From Rhizobiaceae bacterium (GTDB lineage Bacteria; Pseudomonadota; Alphaproteobacteria; Rhizobiales; Rhizobiaceae): a stretch of 64,000 bases of DNA. The notes beneath the pieces were generated by a model. That model saw nothing but the letters and a program-made list of their open reading frames with translations. It was not told the origin of the DNA and did no database searches. Positions 29,559 through 39,189 of the stretch are shown piece after piece; the stretch's first letter is position 1, and each line of letters opens with the position of its first letter. Made by a program: the position numbers and the translations under genes. The stretch is taken from NCBI GenBank assembly GCA_023953905.1, contig JAMLJA010000002.1, positions 196,465 to 260,464 of the forward strand. The letters run 5' to 3'.

Positions 29559-30176
29559 ATGGAGAATTTGGGCCTGAGGGATCGCCAGCGTGCACGACGC
29601 CACCGTGCCATCTTGTTTTCGGCCGCGGAGTTGTTCGGTACCAAGGGCTTCGCCGAGACCACGATGGAGGACATCGCATCCATGGCGGAAGTTTCCGCGC
29701 CCACGATCTACAATTATTTCCGTTCGAAGAGCGATATTCTGCTTGGTCTCCTAGAAGTCGACAAGGAACTTATCAACGAAGCACTGGAAGATCTCATAAA
29801 CAATCCCAACGGCGATCCGCTGGAGGTGATCTCGGAGTTCGTCCGCATCGATCTGGAAGGCGGATACGACGTTCACCAAAAATCGCTCTGGCGCATGATC
29901 TCGGCTGCGGCACTTGAGGCATCCGACGATCGCGCGCCTGACTATGTCGAAGCGCAGTCCGTCTTTTTCCAGAAGCTGTGCCGTCTCATCGAATGTTTAA
30001 AAAGGGATGGCAAAGTTTCGTCGGACGTCGATCCCAAGGTCGCAGCCCGGGTGATAAACTCCATCACCCGCGAGAGTTTCCGTCTCTACATCCGATCCGA
30101 GGAACTGACCATTCCAGACCTGGTGGGAATGGCAAGAGAGCAACTTGCCGTGCTCTGGAACGGCTTGAAGTCCTAG
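29559..30176 (+). CDS. TetR family regulator
   Basis: AAELFGTKGFAETTMEDIA.MAEVSAPTIYNYF. Confidence 0.92.
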   Translation: MENLGLRDRQRARRHRAILFSAAELFGTKGFAETTMEDIASMAEVSAPTIYNYFRSKSDILLGLLEVDKELINEALEDLINNPNGDPLEVISEFVRIDLEGGYDVHQKSLWRMISAAALEASDDRAPDYVEAQSVFFQKLCRLIECLKRDGKVSSDVDPKVAARVINSITRESFRLYIRSEELTIPDLVGMAREQLAVLWNGLKS

Positions 30177-30201
30177 GCCCGGCCAACCATCGACATCTGC
30201 T

Positions 30202-31455
30202 TCAACGCAGGAACGTTGCGCGCAACCTCGCCCATGCGAGCGCAGGCCCCACGCCCAGCGGCCAGAAAGGCTGAAGCGCGATTGGCCTGATCGGAGTTAC
30301 GGGAAGTATCGGGCGATGGCTTGGATCGTCGATCAACAAGCGAGCCAGTTCCCGTCCGATGGCAGTCGCCATAGCCACGCCGCGGCCGTTGAAGCCAACA
30401 CATGCGAGGGCTGAGTCCTCGATCCGATGCAGATGCGGATACTGATCGGCGGTCAACGCGACGCGGCCGTTCCAGCCAAACTCCCATCCCACGGCTCGAA
30501 GGTCGGGCCACAACCGTTCAGCGTAGGCCGCTATCGACGGGAATGCGCCCGGACCGGACGCATCGCGCATCCTGCCCCGTCCGCCGAAAATGAGGCGGCG
30601 ACGGGCGTCAACGCGATAGTAGGTGGTGACCGTCCCGATTTCAAAGAGCGACTGCCCCTCCCGAAGGATACGCTCCGCCAGGTGATGAGGCAAAGGACGT
30701 GACGCAACGATCGAGCTGAACACCGGAAGCAGCGAACGACGCAAGCCGGGCACGAGGCCATCCGTGTATCCGTTGGTGGCGAATAGCACGCTCTTCGCAC
30801 TTACTTGCCCGCGCGGAGTGCGCAGTAGCCACCTTCCACCTTCCCGCGAAGCCGCGCTCACCGGAGTATTCGTGAAGATTCTGGCTCCCAATTCGGTCGC
30901 AGCGCCTGCCAGCCCACGCACAAACTTCAGCGGATTGAGCTGTCCACCCGCCGGATCCAGCAGGCCGGCCGCATATCGATCAGTTCCCGTTGCAGAGGCC
31001 ATGTCCCGCGCACACAGCAAATGCATCTCGATCCCATGCCGCTGTGCCTCTCGCGCCAGCGCTTCGATCGACGCAATATCCGCGCTGTCAATTGCTGCTC
31101 GAAGCGTACCCCCGCGCCGTATGTCACAGTCGATTGCGTGGTCGGAAACGATCTCGAATACGCGATCCACCGCGCCTTGCGAAAAGGCGACAGCATCTGG
31201 ACCAAGGTCGCGAGCGACGATGTCGGGTCCGAACTTCAGGCCGGGATTGATCTGGCCGCCGTTGCGCCCAGAGGCACCCCAGCCCACGTCACGGGCTTCA
31301 AGGACGACGACATCCACTCCCCTACGCGCGAGGTCAAGCGCCGTAGAGAGGCCGGTATAGCCAGCGCCAACGATCGCGACATCCACCGAAAGGTCGCCTG
31401 GCAGGGAGTAGCTCGGCGTCTGACTGTCCTCGAGAGCATAGAGGCTGGCCGGCAT
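30202..31455 (-). CDS. FAD-dependent amine oxidoreductase (PuuB/DadA family)
   Basis: IVGAGYTGLSTA, GASGRNGG, LNPLKF, GFNGRGV. Confidence 0.88.
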   Translation of the reverse strand: MPASLYALEDSQTPSYSLPGDLSVDVAIVGAGYTGLSTALDLARRGVDVVVLEARDVGWGASGRNGGQINPGLKFGPDIVARDLGPDAVAFSQGAVDRVFEIVSDHAIDCDIRRGGTLRAAIDSADIASIEALAREAQRHGIEMHLLCARDMASATGTDRYAAGLLDPAGGQLNPLKFVRGLAGAATELGARIFTNTPVSAASREGGRWLLRTPRGQVSAKSVLFATNGYTDGLVPGLRRSLLPVFSSIVASRPLPHHLAERILREGQSLFEIGTVTTYYRVDARRRLIFGGRGRMRDASGPGAFPSIAAYAERLWPDLRAVGWEFGWNGRVALTADQYPHLHRIEDSALACVGFNGRGVAMATAIGRELARLLIDDPSHRPILPVTPIRPIALQPFWPLGVGPALAWARLRATFLR

Positions 31456-31609
31456 AGCTTGTCCGCCTTGCGTGCGCACGACATCAACAAGCATTCCTGG
31501 CAACTCCATACCGCTCTGGTGTGCGACACGCGTTCGAATCTATCTTCAACGGCAAGCCGGAACTCCGGCTTGCCGCATTGTCGATTAGTCGTTCACTGAT
31601 TGGCGACAG

Positions 31610-32686
31610 CTACTTTACGTTAAGTTCCGCCTCAAGGCGCTTGACCAACGCTTCCCTCTGCTCCTGGATAAAGACCCAGTCCGGATTGAATGTCCTCGCG
31701 ACGATCTCATCCAACGTCACGCCTAAGCGGGACTTCATCAGTTCATCATCGACCGCGGCTTTCTTATTGCTGGGGATGTTACCCTGCAGCTCAAGGTCAC
31801 GCTGCTGCGGCGCTGGGGTCCCGGCGAAAGCAGCAAAAGCACGTGCGGCCTCGGGATGGGGCGCATTCTTGGGTATTACGAACACGTAAGGGATCATCAG
31901 CGCTCCCTCTTCCGGCAGCGTCATGTCGAGCGTCGTGCCGCCTTTGGACTTCATGTCCCACACACGATCGGAGTAGTAGGCGCTTGCCACCGCATCGCCG
32001 CGCTCAAGCAATTGCTGATTCTGCGCCATCGACGTGTATGCTGTCAGTGCGTTACCCGCGACTGCTTTGTACCGCTCTACACCGGCTTCCATCTGCTTCT
32101 GATCGCCGGCGATCATCTTGGAGTACCATGGAACATCGTATAGCGATGCATAGACGGGGCGCGTGACGGTGATTTGGCCTTTCCACTTCGGATCTGTCAG
32201 CGCCGCCCAGGAGCGGAAGTCCTCAGCCTTCGCGAACTGCGTGTTATAAGCGATGCCATAATAGACGAAGTTGATCGGCATCCCGGCGACGTGCTTGTCG
32301 TCGATGCGTGGAAGGAGGTGCTCCGGAATGTCCTGCAGCACAGGATAGTCAGCAATCGCTAGAGGTTCTGTGACCCCCTTTTTGTAGAGGTTCATCGCCC
32401 CCGAAAAGCTGTGAAATGACGAGTTGTAGATGGGACTGCTGGCGTTTGAAATCAGCGCCGTTTCGGTCGAAGGCACCTCCACTATCTTGAACGGTATTCC
32501 GGTCGTAGCGGTGAACAGGTCGCCATAGGATTTCCGAAACGCTTCGGCGACGCCTCCACCGAAATTGCACTGGATCACCTCGCCCTGCGCCTGGCCGAAG
32601 GCTCGGCCAACATAGGGCGCCGCGAGCACCGAGGTGGCCGTAACATGAATGAAGCGACGTCGATTCATCAAAAACTTGCCGGACAT
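31610..32686 (-). CDS. PotD/PotF-like solute-binding protein (Tat signal), stand-alone
   Basis: NRRRF twin-Arg; YYGIAYN, SWAALTDPKWKG, PEEGA. Confidence 0.85.
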   Translation of the reverse strand: MSGKFLMNRRRFIHVTATSVLAAPYVGRAFGQAQGEVIQCNFGGGVAEAFRKSYGDLFTATTGIPFKIVEVPSTETALISNASSPIYNSSFHSFSGAMNLYKKGVTEPLAIADYPVLQDIPEHLLPRIDDKHVAGMPINFVYYGIAYNTQFAKAEDFRSWAALTDPKWKGQITVTRPVYASLYDVPWYSKMIAGDQKQMEAGVERYKAVAGNALTAYTSMAQNQQLLERGDAVASAYYSDRVWDMKSKGGTTLDMTLPEEGALMIPYVFVIPKNAPHPEAARAFAAFAGTPAPQQRDLELQGNIPSNKKAAVDDELMKSRLGVTLDEIVARTFNPDWVFIQEQREALVKRLEAELNVK

Positions 32687-32838
32687 AAATTCCTCCCTTC
32701 CAGCTTCTTAATCCAGCGCCGGCCATCCCACGGATGGCGTTGGTCTTGCAGGGTGGCGCACTGACCTGGCAAGCTCCTTTGGGTGAACGATGACGCTCGG
32801 GATCTCCCGCATCCTCTGCAAAGCGCCATCGCGCGCTA

Positions 32839-34185
32839 TCACTCAATGGCGTCGAGCGCCTTCCTGATCTGCGTCACAACCAGATTCACATCTTCAGCGG
32901 TAAACGTCAGGGGCGGCGAGATCAGCACATTGTCGACACCGGCACGGAGTAAAGCGCCGCCTTCAAGACACCGGAGCCGTAGCTCCCGACTGCGCGCGCC
33001 GGGAGCACCCTCGCGCGAGTGAAACTGAACCGCCGCGAGAACACCCAAGTTGCGGATGTCCTTAACTTTTGGGTGGTCGGCGAGGGTGTGAAACTGCGCT
33101 TCTATTTCAGCGCCCAGAACCCTCGCCTTGCCGTTCAGATCTTCGTCGCGATGGACATTCAACGTAGCGATGCCGGCAGCCGCCGCCAGAGGGTGCCCTG
33201 AATAGGTGTAACCGTGCGAAAACTCGGGGCCGGGGCCGACCGAGCCTTCGACGATGGCGTCAAAAATGCCATCCCTTACGATCACCGCTCCCATGGGAAC
33301 CGCGGCATTGGTCAGCCCCTTGGCGCAAGTAATCATGTCTGGAAGCACGTTAAAGTACTCCGCTGCGAAGGTCGTTCCCAGACGCCCGAATCCGGTGATA
33401 ACCTCGTCGAAGATCAGCAACAGCCCATGCTTGTCGCATATCTGACGCAGACGCTCGAGATAGCCCTTCGGAGGCGGCAGGACGCCGCCAGCCCCACCGA
33501 CGGGTTCAACGATTACAGCGGCGATCGTCGAAGCGTCGTTCATCGCGACAATCCCTTCAAGCGCGTCCGCCAGTTCGACACCATATTCCGGCTGCCCTTT
33601 TGAAAAGGCGTTGCGGCCGTGATCTAGCGTGTGTGGAAGGTGGGCCACGCCAGGCAACAGGGTGCCGAACGTCTTCCGGTTGGGCCCGAGACCCGCGACG
33701 GAGAGGCCGCCGAAACCGACGCCGTGATAGGCCATCTGGCGGCCGACGAAGCGTTGGCGTTGTCCCTCGCCTCTCGCGGCATGGAACGCCATGGCGATCT
33801 TCATCGCGCTGTCCACCGACTCAGAGCCAGAATTGGTGAAGAACACGCGGTTCAAGTCGCCGGGCGCAAGTAGACTAAGGCGGGTGGCGAGTTCGAAAGC
33901 CGGAGTCGCGCCGTTGTTGAAGTTAGCAACGAAATCAAGCGTCGCCGCCTGGGCTTGGATCGCTTCCACGATCTCCGTTCGTCCATGTCCAGCATTGACG
34001 CACCAAAGCGCGGCACTCACATCCAGCACCCGCCTACCGTTTTCGAGAATGTAGTGGTTGCCTTTGGCGCCTGCGATCATCAGCGGATCGGCTTTGAAAG
34101 CCCTGTTTGCAGTGAACGGCATCCAGAATGCGTCCATGTCATTGCGCGATCTCTGGTCGGCGCGGGGTTCGGGAATCTTGAGCAT
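32839..34185 (-). CDS. Omega-amino acid:pyruvate aminotransferase (class III)
   Basis: FWMPFTANRAFK, LWCVNAGH, TNSGSES, IFDEVITGFGRLG, AKGLTN, HGYTYSGH. Confidence 0.92.
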   Translation of the reverse strand: MLKIPEPRADQRSRNDMDAFWMPFTANRAFKADPLMIAGAKGNHYILENGRRVLDVSAALWCVNAGHGRTEIVEAIQAQAATLDFVANFNNGATPAFELATRLSLLAPGDLNRVFFTNSGSESVDSAMKIAMAFHAARGEGQRQRFVGRQMAYHGVGFGGLSVAGLGPNRKTFGTLLPGVAHLPHTLDHGRNAFSKGQPEYGVELADALEGIVAMNDASTIAAVIVEPVGGAGGVLPPPKGYLERLRQICDKHGLLLIFDEVITGFGRLGTTFAAEYFNVLPDMITCAKGLTNAAVPMGAVIVRDGIFDAIVEGSVGPGPEFSHGYTYSGHPLAAAAGIATLNVHRDEDLNGKARVLGAEIEAQFHTLADHPKVKDIRNLGVLAAVQFHSREGAPGARSRELRLRCLEGGALLRAGVDNVLISPPLTFTAEDVNLVVTQIRKALDAIE

Positions 34186-34345
34186 GTTCACTCGCAAGGT
34201 TGTGGCGCCATGCTATGGGCAGCCTACTTGTTTCATATCCTGATAAAATTCTTTGTTCAATATTGTTTTTTAATTCCAATAAAATATTCTTGAGCTGTTG
34301 AGGCCGGACGAAAGCCGCGCCGCGCCCGCCAAACGGAGATGTGTG

Positions 34346-35284
34346 ATGCCCCCCGCCCCTCGTCAGTTGCACCCTGACATGCAGGTCCTCGTGGACGCCC
34401 GAACGCCGGTATCGGCCAACCTCACTGTCGAAGAGCAACGCGACAACTGGAACGCATATGCGGCGCGCCTCAATCGACCGCATCCCGAAACTCTTGAAGT
34501 CACGGATCGGCATGTGCAGGGCGCAGGCCACGAGGTGCAGATCCGGATCTATCGGCCGAAGGCGGCAAGTAGGCCGACGCCCTGCATGATCTACATGCAT
34601 GGCGGAGGCTTCATGCTAGGCGATCTCGATTCGTCTGACTCGATCGCCTGGGGCTTCGCGGTCGGCATGAACGCAATAGTGATCAGCGTTGACTACCGCC
34701 TTACCCCCGAGCATCCCTGGCCGGCAGGATTCGACGATTGCTACGCTGTCCTTGAGTGGGCTGCTTCGCAAGGCAGCGCGATCGGCATCGATCCGGAGCG
34801 AATTGTCATCGGCGGCGACAGCGCCGGCGGGCGCTTCTCGGCCTGCGTGAGCCAGAAGAGCCGTGACATGGGCGGCCCCCGGATCCGTGCCCAAGCAGTC
34901 ATCTACGGGAACGCCGGTTCGATAGAGAACGCCGGTTCAATGACCGAATTCGCCGAAGGCTACGGTCTAACGGCGGCACGCTCTCGTGACTTCTCCCAAA
35001 AGCTCTTTCCGCATGGGGCGCCCGTCGACGACCCGCACGCGTTCCCGATCAACGCGAAAGACTTGTCCGGCCTCCCTCCGACACTTGTTCATGTGGCAGA
35101 ATATGATCCCATTCGGGATGCCGGCCGCGCGTATGCGGCGAGGCTGATCCTCGCCGGCAACGACGTGGTCTTTAGGGAGGCACGAGGAATGATCCACGGT
35201 TTTATGCGTGCGCGCTTCGTCGGAACCCAGGCTGCGGCCGAATTTGACTACATCTGCAAGTTTCTGTCGCATCATCTGGCCTAG
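34346..35284 (+). CDS. HSL-family alpha/beta hydrolase (esterase/amidase)
   Basis: HGGGF, GDSAGG, EYDPIRD, HGF. Confidence 0.9.
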   Translation: MPPAPRQLHPDMQVLVDARTPVSANLTVEEQRDNWNAYAARLNRPHPETLEVTDRHVQGAGHEVQIRIYRPKAASRPTPCMIYMHGGGFMLGDLDSSDSIAWGFAVGMNAIVISVDYRLTPEHPWPAGFDDCYAVLEWAASQGSAIGIDPERIVIGGDSAGGRFSACVSQKSRDMGGPRIRAQAVIYGNAGSIENAGSMTEFAEGYGLTAARSRDFSQKLFPHGAPVDDPHAFPINAKDLSGLPPTLVHVAEYDPIRDAGRAYAARLILAGNDVVFREARGMIHGFMRARFVGTQAAAEFDYICKFLSHHLA

Positions 35285-35529
35285 CGCAGGCACGCGATGC
35301 GATCTAACAATCTGTGGGATCCATCGCCGATACAATGGCAGACGCACAAAGGCTTCACAGAAGGGGACACATCACTCCCGCGATTCATGCGAAAACGAGT
35401 ATCCGTCCGTGGCTGAGAGCATATTTGCGCCGACGTGGGCGATGAGAGCGCTAAGCCTACTGCAAATCCGCAGACCTTGCGGTAGCTTCAGTTTCTCTTG
35501 CTAGGTTCACGAAGTCCCTATGAACTGCC

Positions 35530-35900
35530 GATGCATTGGGGCGGCGCAGGACATCGGGGGGCTGCTGTTCGGCGGCATGCGCCGTCGTTTGTTGAACGTG
35601 ATGTCGCGCCGGTAAGGGATAGCCAGATTGTCGAGGGCGCAGCTCCCACACTGCGCTCGGCGGCACGGCGCTTCAAACTTCGAGCGTGAAGGCTGGCCCT
35701 GCTTGCCGAGCCTCGGTCTCGCCGGTCTCGCGATAGCGACGATACCAGGCCCCGTCCGACGAGATCCTGATGCAGAAGTGACGCACCGCCTCTCGCGTCG
35801 AAAATTCCATCCTCGGGCAAGCACGGCGGATCGAGTTTCATCCAGCCTATTGCGAGACCATCATAACGCGCTGGAACACTCTTACCGGCCAGACTGCCCG
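35530..35900 (-). mobile_element. IS630-family transposase remnant
   Basis: Frameshifted pieces STREAVRHF.I.IS..GAWYRRYRETGE.EARKQGQPSRSK and TAHAAEQQ.PDVLRR. Confidence 0.7.
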
Positions 35901-36032
35901 ACAGGCCCACGCTTCTCCAGAACTCGTTATCAGGATCCGCGTCAGACGGCCCCTACTCCTGCCACACACGGGTTAGTGCAGTCTCAGGAGTTAAGGAGCG
36001 CCTATTGACTTGACATGAGGATCAGTACATCG

Positions 36033-36050
36033 TTGGATACACACATCCAA
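36033..36050. promoter_or_regulatory. Candidate GntR operator upstream of ridA-dioxygenase-hydrolase
   Basis: TTGGATACACACATCCAA imperfect palindrome downstream of a TTGACA; resembles the site at 39148. Confidence 0.5.
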
Positions 36051-36068
36051 ATTGATGAGGGTTGATCC

Positions 36069-36476
36069 ATGGCTGTTACCTCGCGACGCGAGCGTGTAAG
36101 GACACCATCTGTTCCCGAGCCTGCCGAGGGCCTATGGTCGAACTGTCTCCGGACTGGCGACACTGTCTATATTGCGGGCCTAGTGGCTTACGAAGACGGG
36201 CGGGTGATCGCTAAGGGGGCCGAGGCTCAAGCCGACTACATCTTCTCCTCGATCAAGAGCTATATGGAGTCCGCTGGCGGTCAGATGGCCGATCTTGTGA
36301 CCATGACGATCTACCTAACCGATATTGCCGACCGACCGGCCGTGCTCAATTCGAGGCGGAGATTCTTCACCGGCGACTTTCCCTGCTCCACGCTGATCGC
36401 AGTCTCCGCACTGATCGACCCCGACCTTGTGGTCGAGATCAACGCCATCGGTGTCATAGGTTCGTCGAAAGCCTGA
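36069..36476 (+). CDS. RidA/YjgF family enamine/imine deaminase
   Basis: VYIAGL, TIYLTDI, RRRFFTGDFPCSTLIAVSAL, VEINA. Confidence 0.9.
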   Translation: MAVTSRRERVRTPSVPEPAEGLWSNCLRTGDTVYIAGLVAYEDGRVIAKGAEAQADYIFSSIKSYMESAGGQMADLVTMTIYLTDIADRPAVLNSRRRFFTGDFPCSTLIAVSALIDPDLVVEINAIGVIGSSKA

Positions 36477-36496
36477 ATCAGCAAGAGGACAGTGCC

Positions 36497-37483
36497 ATGA
36501 ACATGAGAGTCAATTTCCAGCCCCGCCGCCTTGGACACGCCAACCTCTATGTCGGCGATCTTGCTAAGGCGGTAGAGTTCTACAACATCGTCTGCGGGCT
36601 GGAACTTGTTCGCCGGGAAGAAGAGATCGCTGCAGCCTTCCTCACAAATGGAAACACCCATCACGACCTTGGATTGATGCAGGCCAAGGTCGTGCCGGAA
36701 ACGTGGGTGGACCTCAAGGGCCGGCAGCGACACCGGGCGGCACGCGACATGCCCGTCGGTTTGAACCATCTGGGTTGGGAGATGGATAACGAGCAGCAGT
36801 TGGTCGATGCTTGGCGAAGGGCGAAAACCACTGGCGTCGCGCTCGGCCGCACGCTTGATCATCAGATCTCGCGCAGCGTCTACCTTCCGGATCCGGACGG
36901 AAACTTTCACGAATTTTATGCCGATGCGATGGACGACTGGCGCAAGGTCTTTAACCTCGAAGAAGATGACGTCGTCACGAAGCCCTGGGATCCAGAGGCA
37001 GTAGAGCCGGATTCAACCCCACATTGGATAGAGAACCCCGATCTGCGCGACGTGCCCGACGCCCATTTCCACGCCCAGTTCATTACCCATGCAGGTATCG
37101 TGGCCAAGGACTACAACGCGATGAAACGCTTTTTCATCGACGTTGGCGGTCTAACGCTGAGCGAGGAGGCAGAGGATGGAAAGGTGTGCCTGTTGCGCGG
37201 GCCGGCCGCGAGCGTTGATCTGGTGCTGTTCCATGAAGATCTCGGTTTGAAAGCCGGCCTCGCTTTCCTGGCCTTCGTCGTCTCCGGCGAGGAGGCTCTG
37301 CGCTCATCGCACGAGCGCGCGAAGCAGGCGGGCATCCATGTAATCTCGTCGGTGGACGAGCCTGGTCGTCGCAGTGTGACCTTGCGCGATCCAGACGGGG
37401 TCAACGTCGTGCTCTATACGGGCTCCTCGGGCAACCTGGGACTGGAGGCGGGCCGGGAAGTCATTGACGGAATCCGATCCTAA
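36497..37483 (+). CDS. Two-module VOC protein, putative extradiol ring-cleavage dioxygenase
   Basis: N-module carries H14, H56, H91, H122, Y129, E139 (RLGHANL, HHDLGL, LNHLGW, DHQISRSVYLPDPDGNFHEF). Confidence 0.75.
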   Translation: MNMRVNFQPRRLGHANLYVGDLAKAVEFYNIVCGLELVRREEEIAAAFLTNGNTHHDLGLMQAKVVPETWVDLKGRQRHRAARDMPVGLNHLGWEMDNEQQLVDAWRRAKTTGVALGRTLDHQISRSVYLPDPDGNFHEFYADAMDDWRKVFNLEEDDVVTKPWDPEAVEPDSTPHWIENPDLRDVPDAHFHAQFITHAGIVAKDYNAMKRFFIDVGGLTLSEEAEDGKVCLLRGPAASVDLVLFHEDLGLKAGLAFLAFVVSGEEALRSSHERAKQAGIHVISSVDEPGRRSVTLRDPDGVNVVLYTGSSGNLGLEAGREVIDGIRS

Positions 37484-37511
37484 CGATCTGGTAGCTGACA
37501 AGGAAGCGGAG

Positions 37512-38360
37512 ATGCACGTTTCGTTCGTTGATGTCGGCGGCGTCCGGACGCGCAGCATAGTTGCGGGCAAGGGGCAGTCGGTTGTGCTACTGCACGGTAT
37601 CGGTATGTCCGCCGACTGCTTCCACCGCAATATCCTCGCCTTGGCGCAGACCCATCGGGTTATCGCGCTAGACATGCTGGGGCACGGCTTTACTGCCTAT
37701 CCCGGCTTTGGAAATGATGGTGCGCTGCATTCCCTCAGCCGTCATGTGCTGGCCTACCTCCAGCATGAAGGGATCGGCCCGGCGCATCTGGTCGGTAGTT
37801 CTCTCGGCGGCGGCATGGTGGCAGACATCGCCTTGATGGCTCCTGAGCAAGTACGCTCGTGCATCATTGTCGGATCGTCAACGCCCTTCGCGCGCCCCGA
37901 CGTTCTGGGGGTGGGCCTGTCACGTGCACGCGACAATGCGAAGCACTCGCTTCAAACGGGTGCCTACGAGGCACTGAAGCGACGGTTGCGGCATCTTGTT
38001 TACAGTGATGAGGGCGTCAGCGAAGAACTTCTGACCATGCAGATGACGATCTATGCGTTGGAAGATCGTAAATCGGCCTATGACGCGCTGGTCGACAACG
38101 TGGTCGCAAATGCGCTGGACACGTGGAACGTCCCTGAGCGAATCGCGGAGATTAACGTTCCCACGCTGATCCTTGCCGGGCGGGATGACCCGCGCTCACC
38201 GCTGGATGCGATAGAGCGTGGTGCGATACATATGAAGTCAGCCCGGCTGATAGTCTATGACAATTGTGGGCATTTTCCTTTCCTGGAACACCCAGAGCGC
38301 TTCAACCGCGATGTCGCGAACTTTCTTCTTGAAGTCGAGGCCGATCAAATCGGCTCGTGA
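37512..38360 (+). CDS. Alpha/beta hydrolase, MhpC/BphD-like
   Basis: LLHGIG, GSSLGG nucleophile elbow, GRDD, CGHFPFLE. Confidence 0.85.
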   Translation: MHVSFVDVGGVRTRSIVAGKGQSVVLLHGIGMSADCFHRNILALAQTHRVIALDMLGHGFTAYPGFGNDGALHSLSRHVLAYLQHEGIGPAHLVGSSLGGGMVADIALMAPEQVRSCIIVGSSTPFARPDVLGVGLSRARDNAKHSLQTGAYEALKRRLRHLVYSDEGVSEELLTMQMTIYALEDRKSAYDALVDNVVANALDTWNVPERIAEINVPTLILAGRDDPRSPLDAIERGAIHMKSARLIVYDNCGHFPFLEHPERFNRDVANFLLEVEADQIGS

Positions 38361-39064
38361 CGGAAGGCGTCTATATCCTTCGGCTGCGCTCCGTAGTGTG
38401 CTACAACTCCTTCGGCGGAGCTGAGAATGTGTTGTCGCATCGCCACTTCCGCCTCATCCGGCGTTCCTTCCTTAATGGCTTGGATAAGAGCTTCATGTTC
38501 GCTCCCAGGCATCTCGGGCGTTGAATAGATCTCAAGGTAGAACTTCAGCAGATACGGATCGAGTTGCGACCGGAATCGCCGCGTTTCGGCCAGCAGTTTG
38601 GGCATTCCGCTCATCCGAGCGATGAAGTCGTGCAGCTCTCCGTGAAGATGCAGCCAGTCGCGCAGATTCTCGTCAGCCGCCAGCAGCCGATGCATATTGA
38701 AGTCCAGCTCGGCGATCGAGGCCTTCGTTCTGTTCTTGGCGGCCAGACGTGCCGCAGTGCCTTCCAGTGCCATGCGAATCGCATAGATCTCGAACAGTTC
38801 GTTCGAACTGAGCTGCGTGACCAGAGCACCGCGGTTAGGGCGCAAATCCACCAACCCTTCGCTATCCAATTGTCTCAACGCCTCACGGACAGGCATGCGG
38901 CTGACACCCAGCTCTTTGGCCACATCGTTCGGTATGATGCGCTCACCGACAGCGAATTCACCCAAGAGAATCTTTTGCCTCAGGTGAAGATAGACCTCGT
39001 GCTGGGCGGTACTCTTATGGTCGATATCCATCAGTCGTGCGCTTGAGGAATTTTGTTTCAGCAA
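38345..39064 (-). CDS. GntR family (FCD) regulator
   Basis: VAKELGVSRMPVREALRQL..EGLV...PNRGA; EHEALIQAI. Confidence 0.92.
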   Translation of the reverse strand: MLKQNSSSARLMDIDHKSTAQHEVYLHLRQKILLGEFAVGERIIPNDVAKELGVSRMPVREALRQLDSEGLVDLRPNRGALVTQLSSNELFEIYAIRMALEGTAARLAAKNRTKASIAELDFNMHRLLAADENLRDWLHLHGELHDFIARMSGMPKLLAETRRFRSQLDPYLLKFYLEIYSTPEMPGSEHEALIQAIKEGTPDEAEVAMRQHILSSAEGVVAHYGAQPKDIDAFRHEPI

Positions 39065-39147
39065 ATCTGGAGCCTTCTGGTTGGCACGCGCCGTTCACCC
39101 CTAATCCAAATGCTCTATCACGATAAACCAAGGGTAGACAATCTTTG

Positions 39148-39163
39148 TTGATACCTGTATCCA
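39148..39163. promoter_or_regulatory. Candidate GntR operator upstream of the monooxygenase
   Basis: TTGATACCTGTATCCA with a perfect GATAC-N2-GTATC core. Confidence 0.55.
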
Positions 39164-39189
39164 TAAATCCATATGACGCTGAGAGGAGC

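Noticed and set aside
3787-33603. Long antisense or alternate-frame ORFs (e.g. 3787-4701, 7391-8548, 19200-19955, 22665-23933, 24366-25238)
   Set aside because: Shadows of well-supported genes in GC-rich DNA; no motifs of their own
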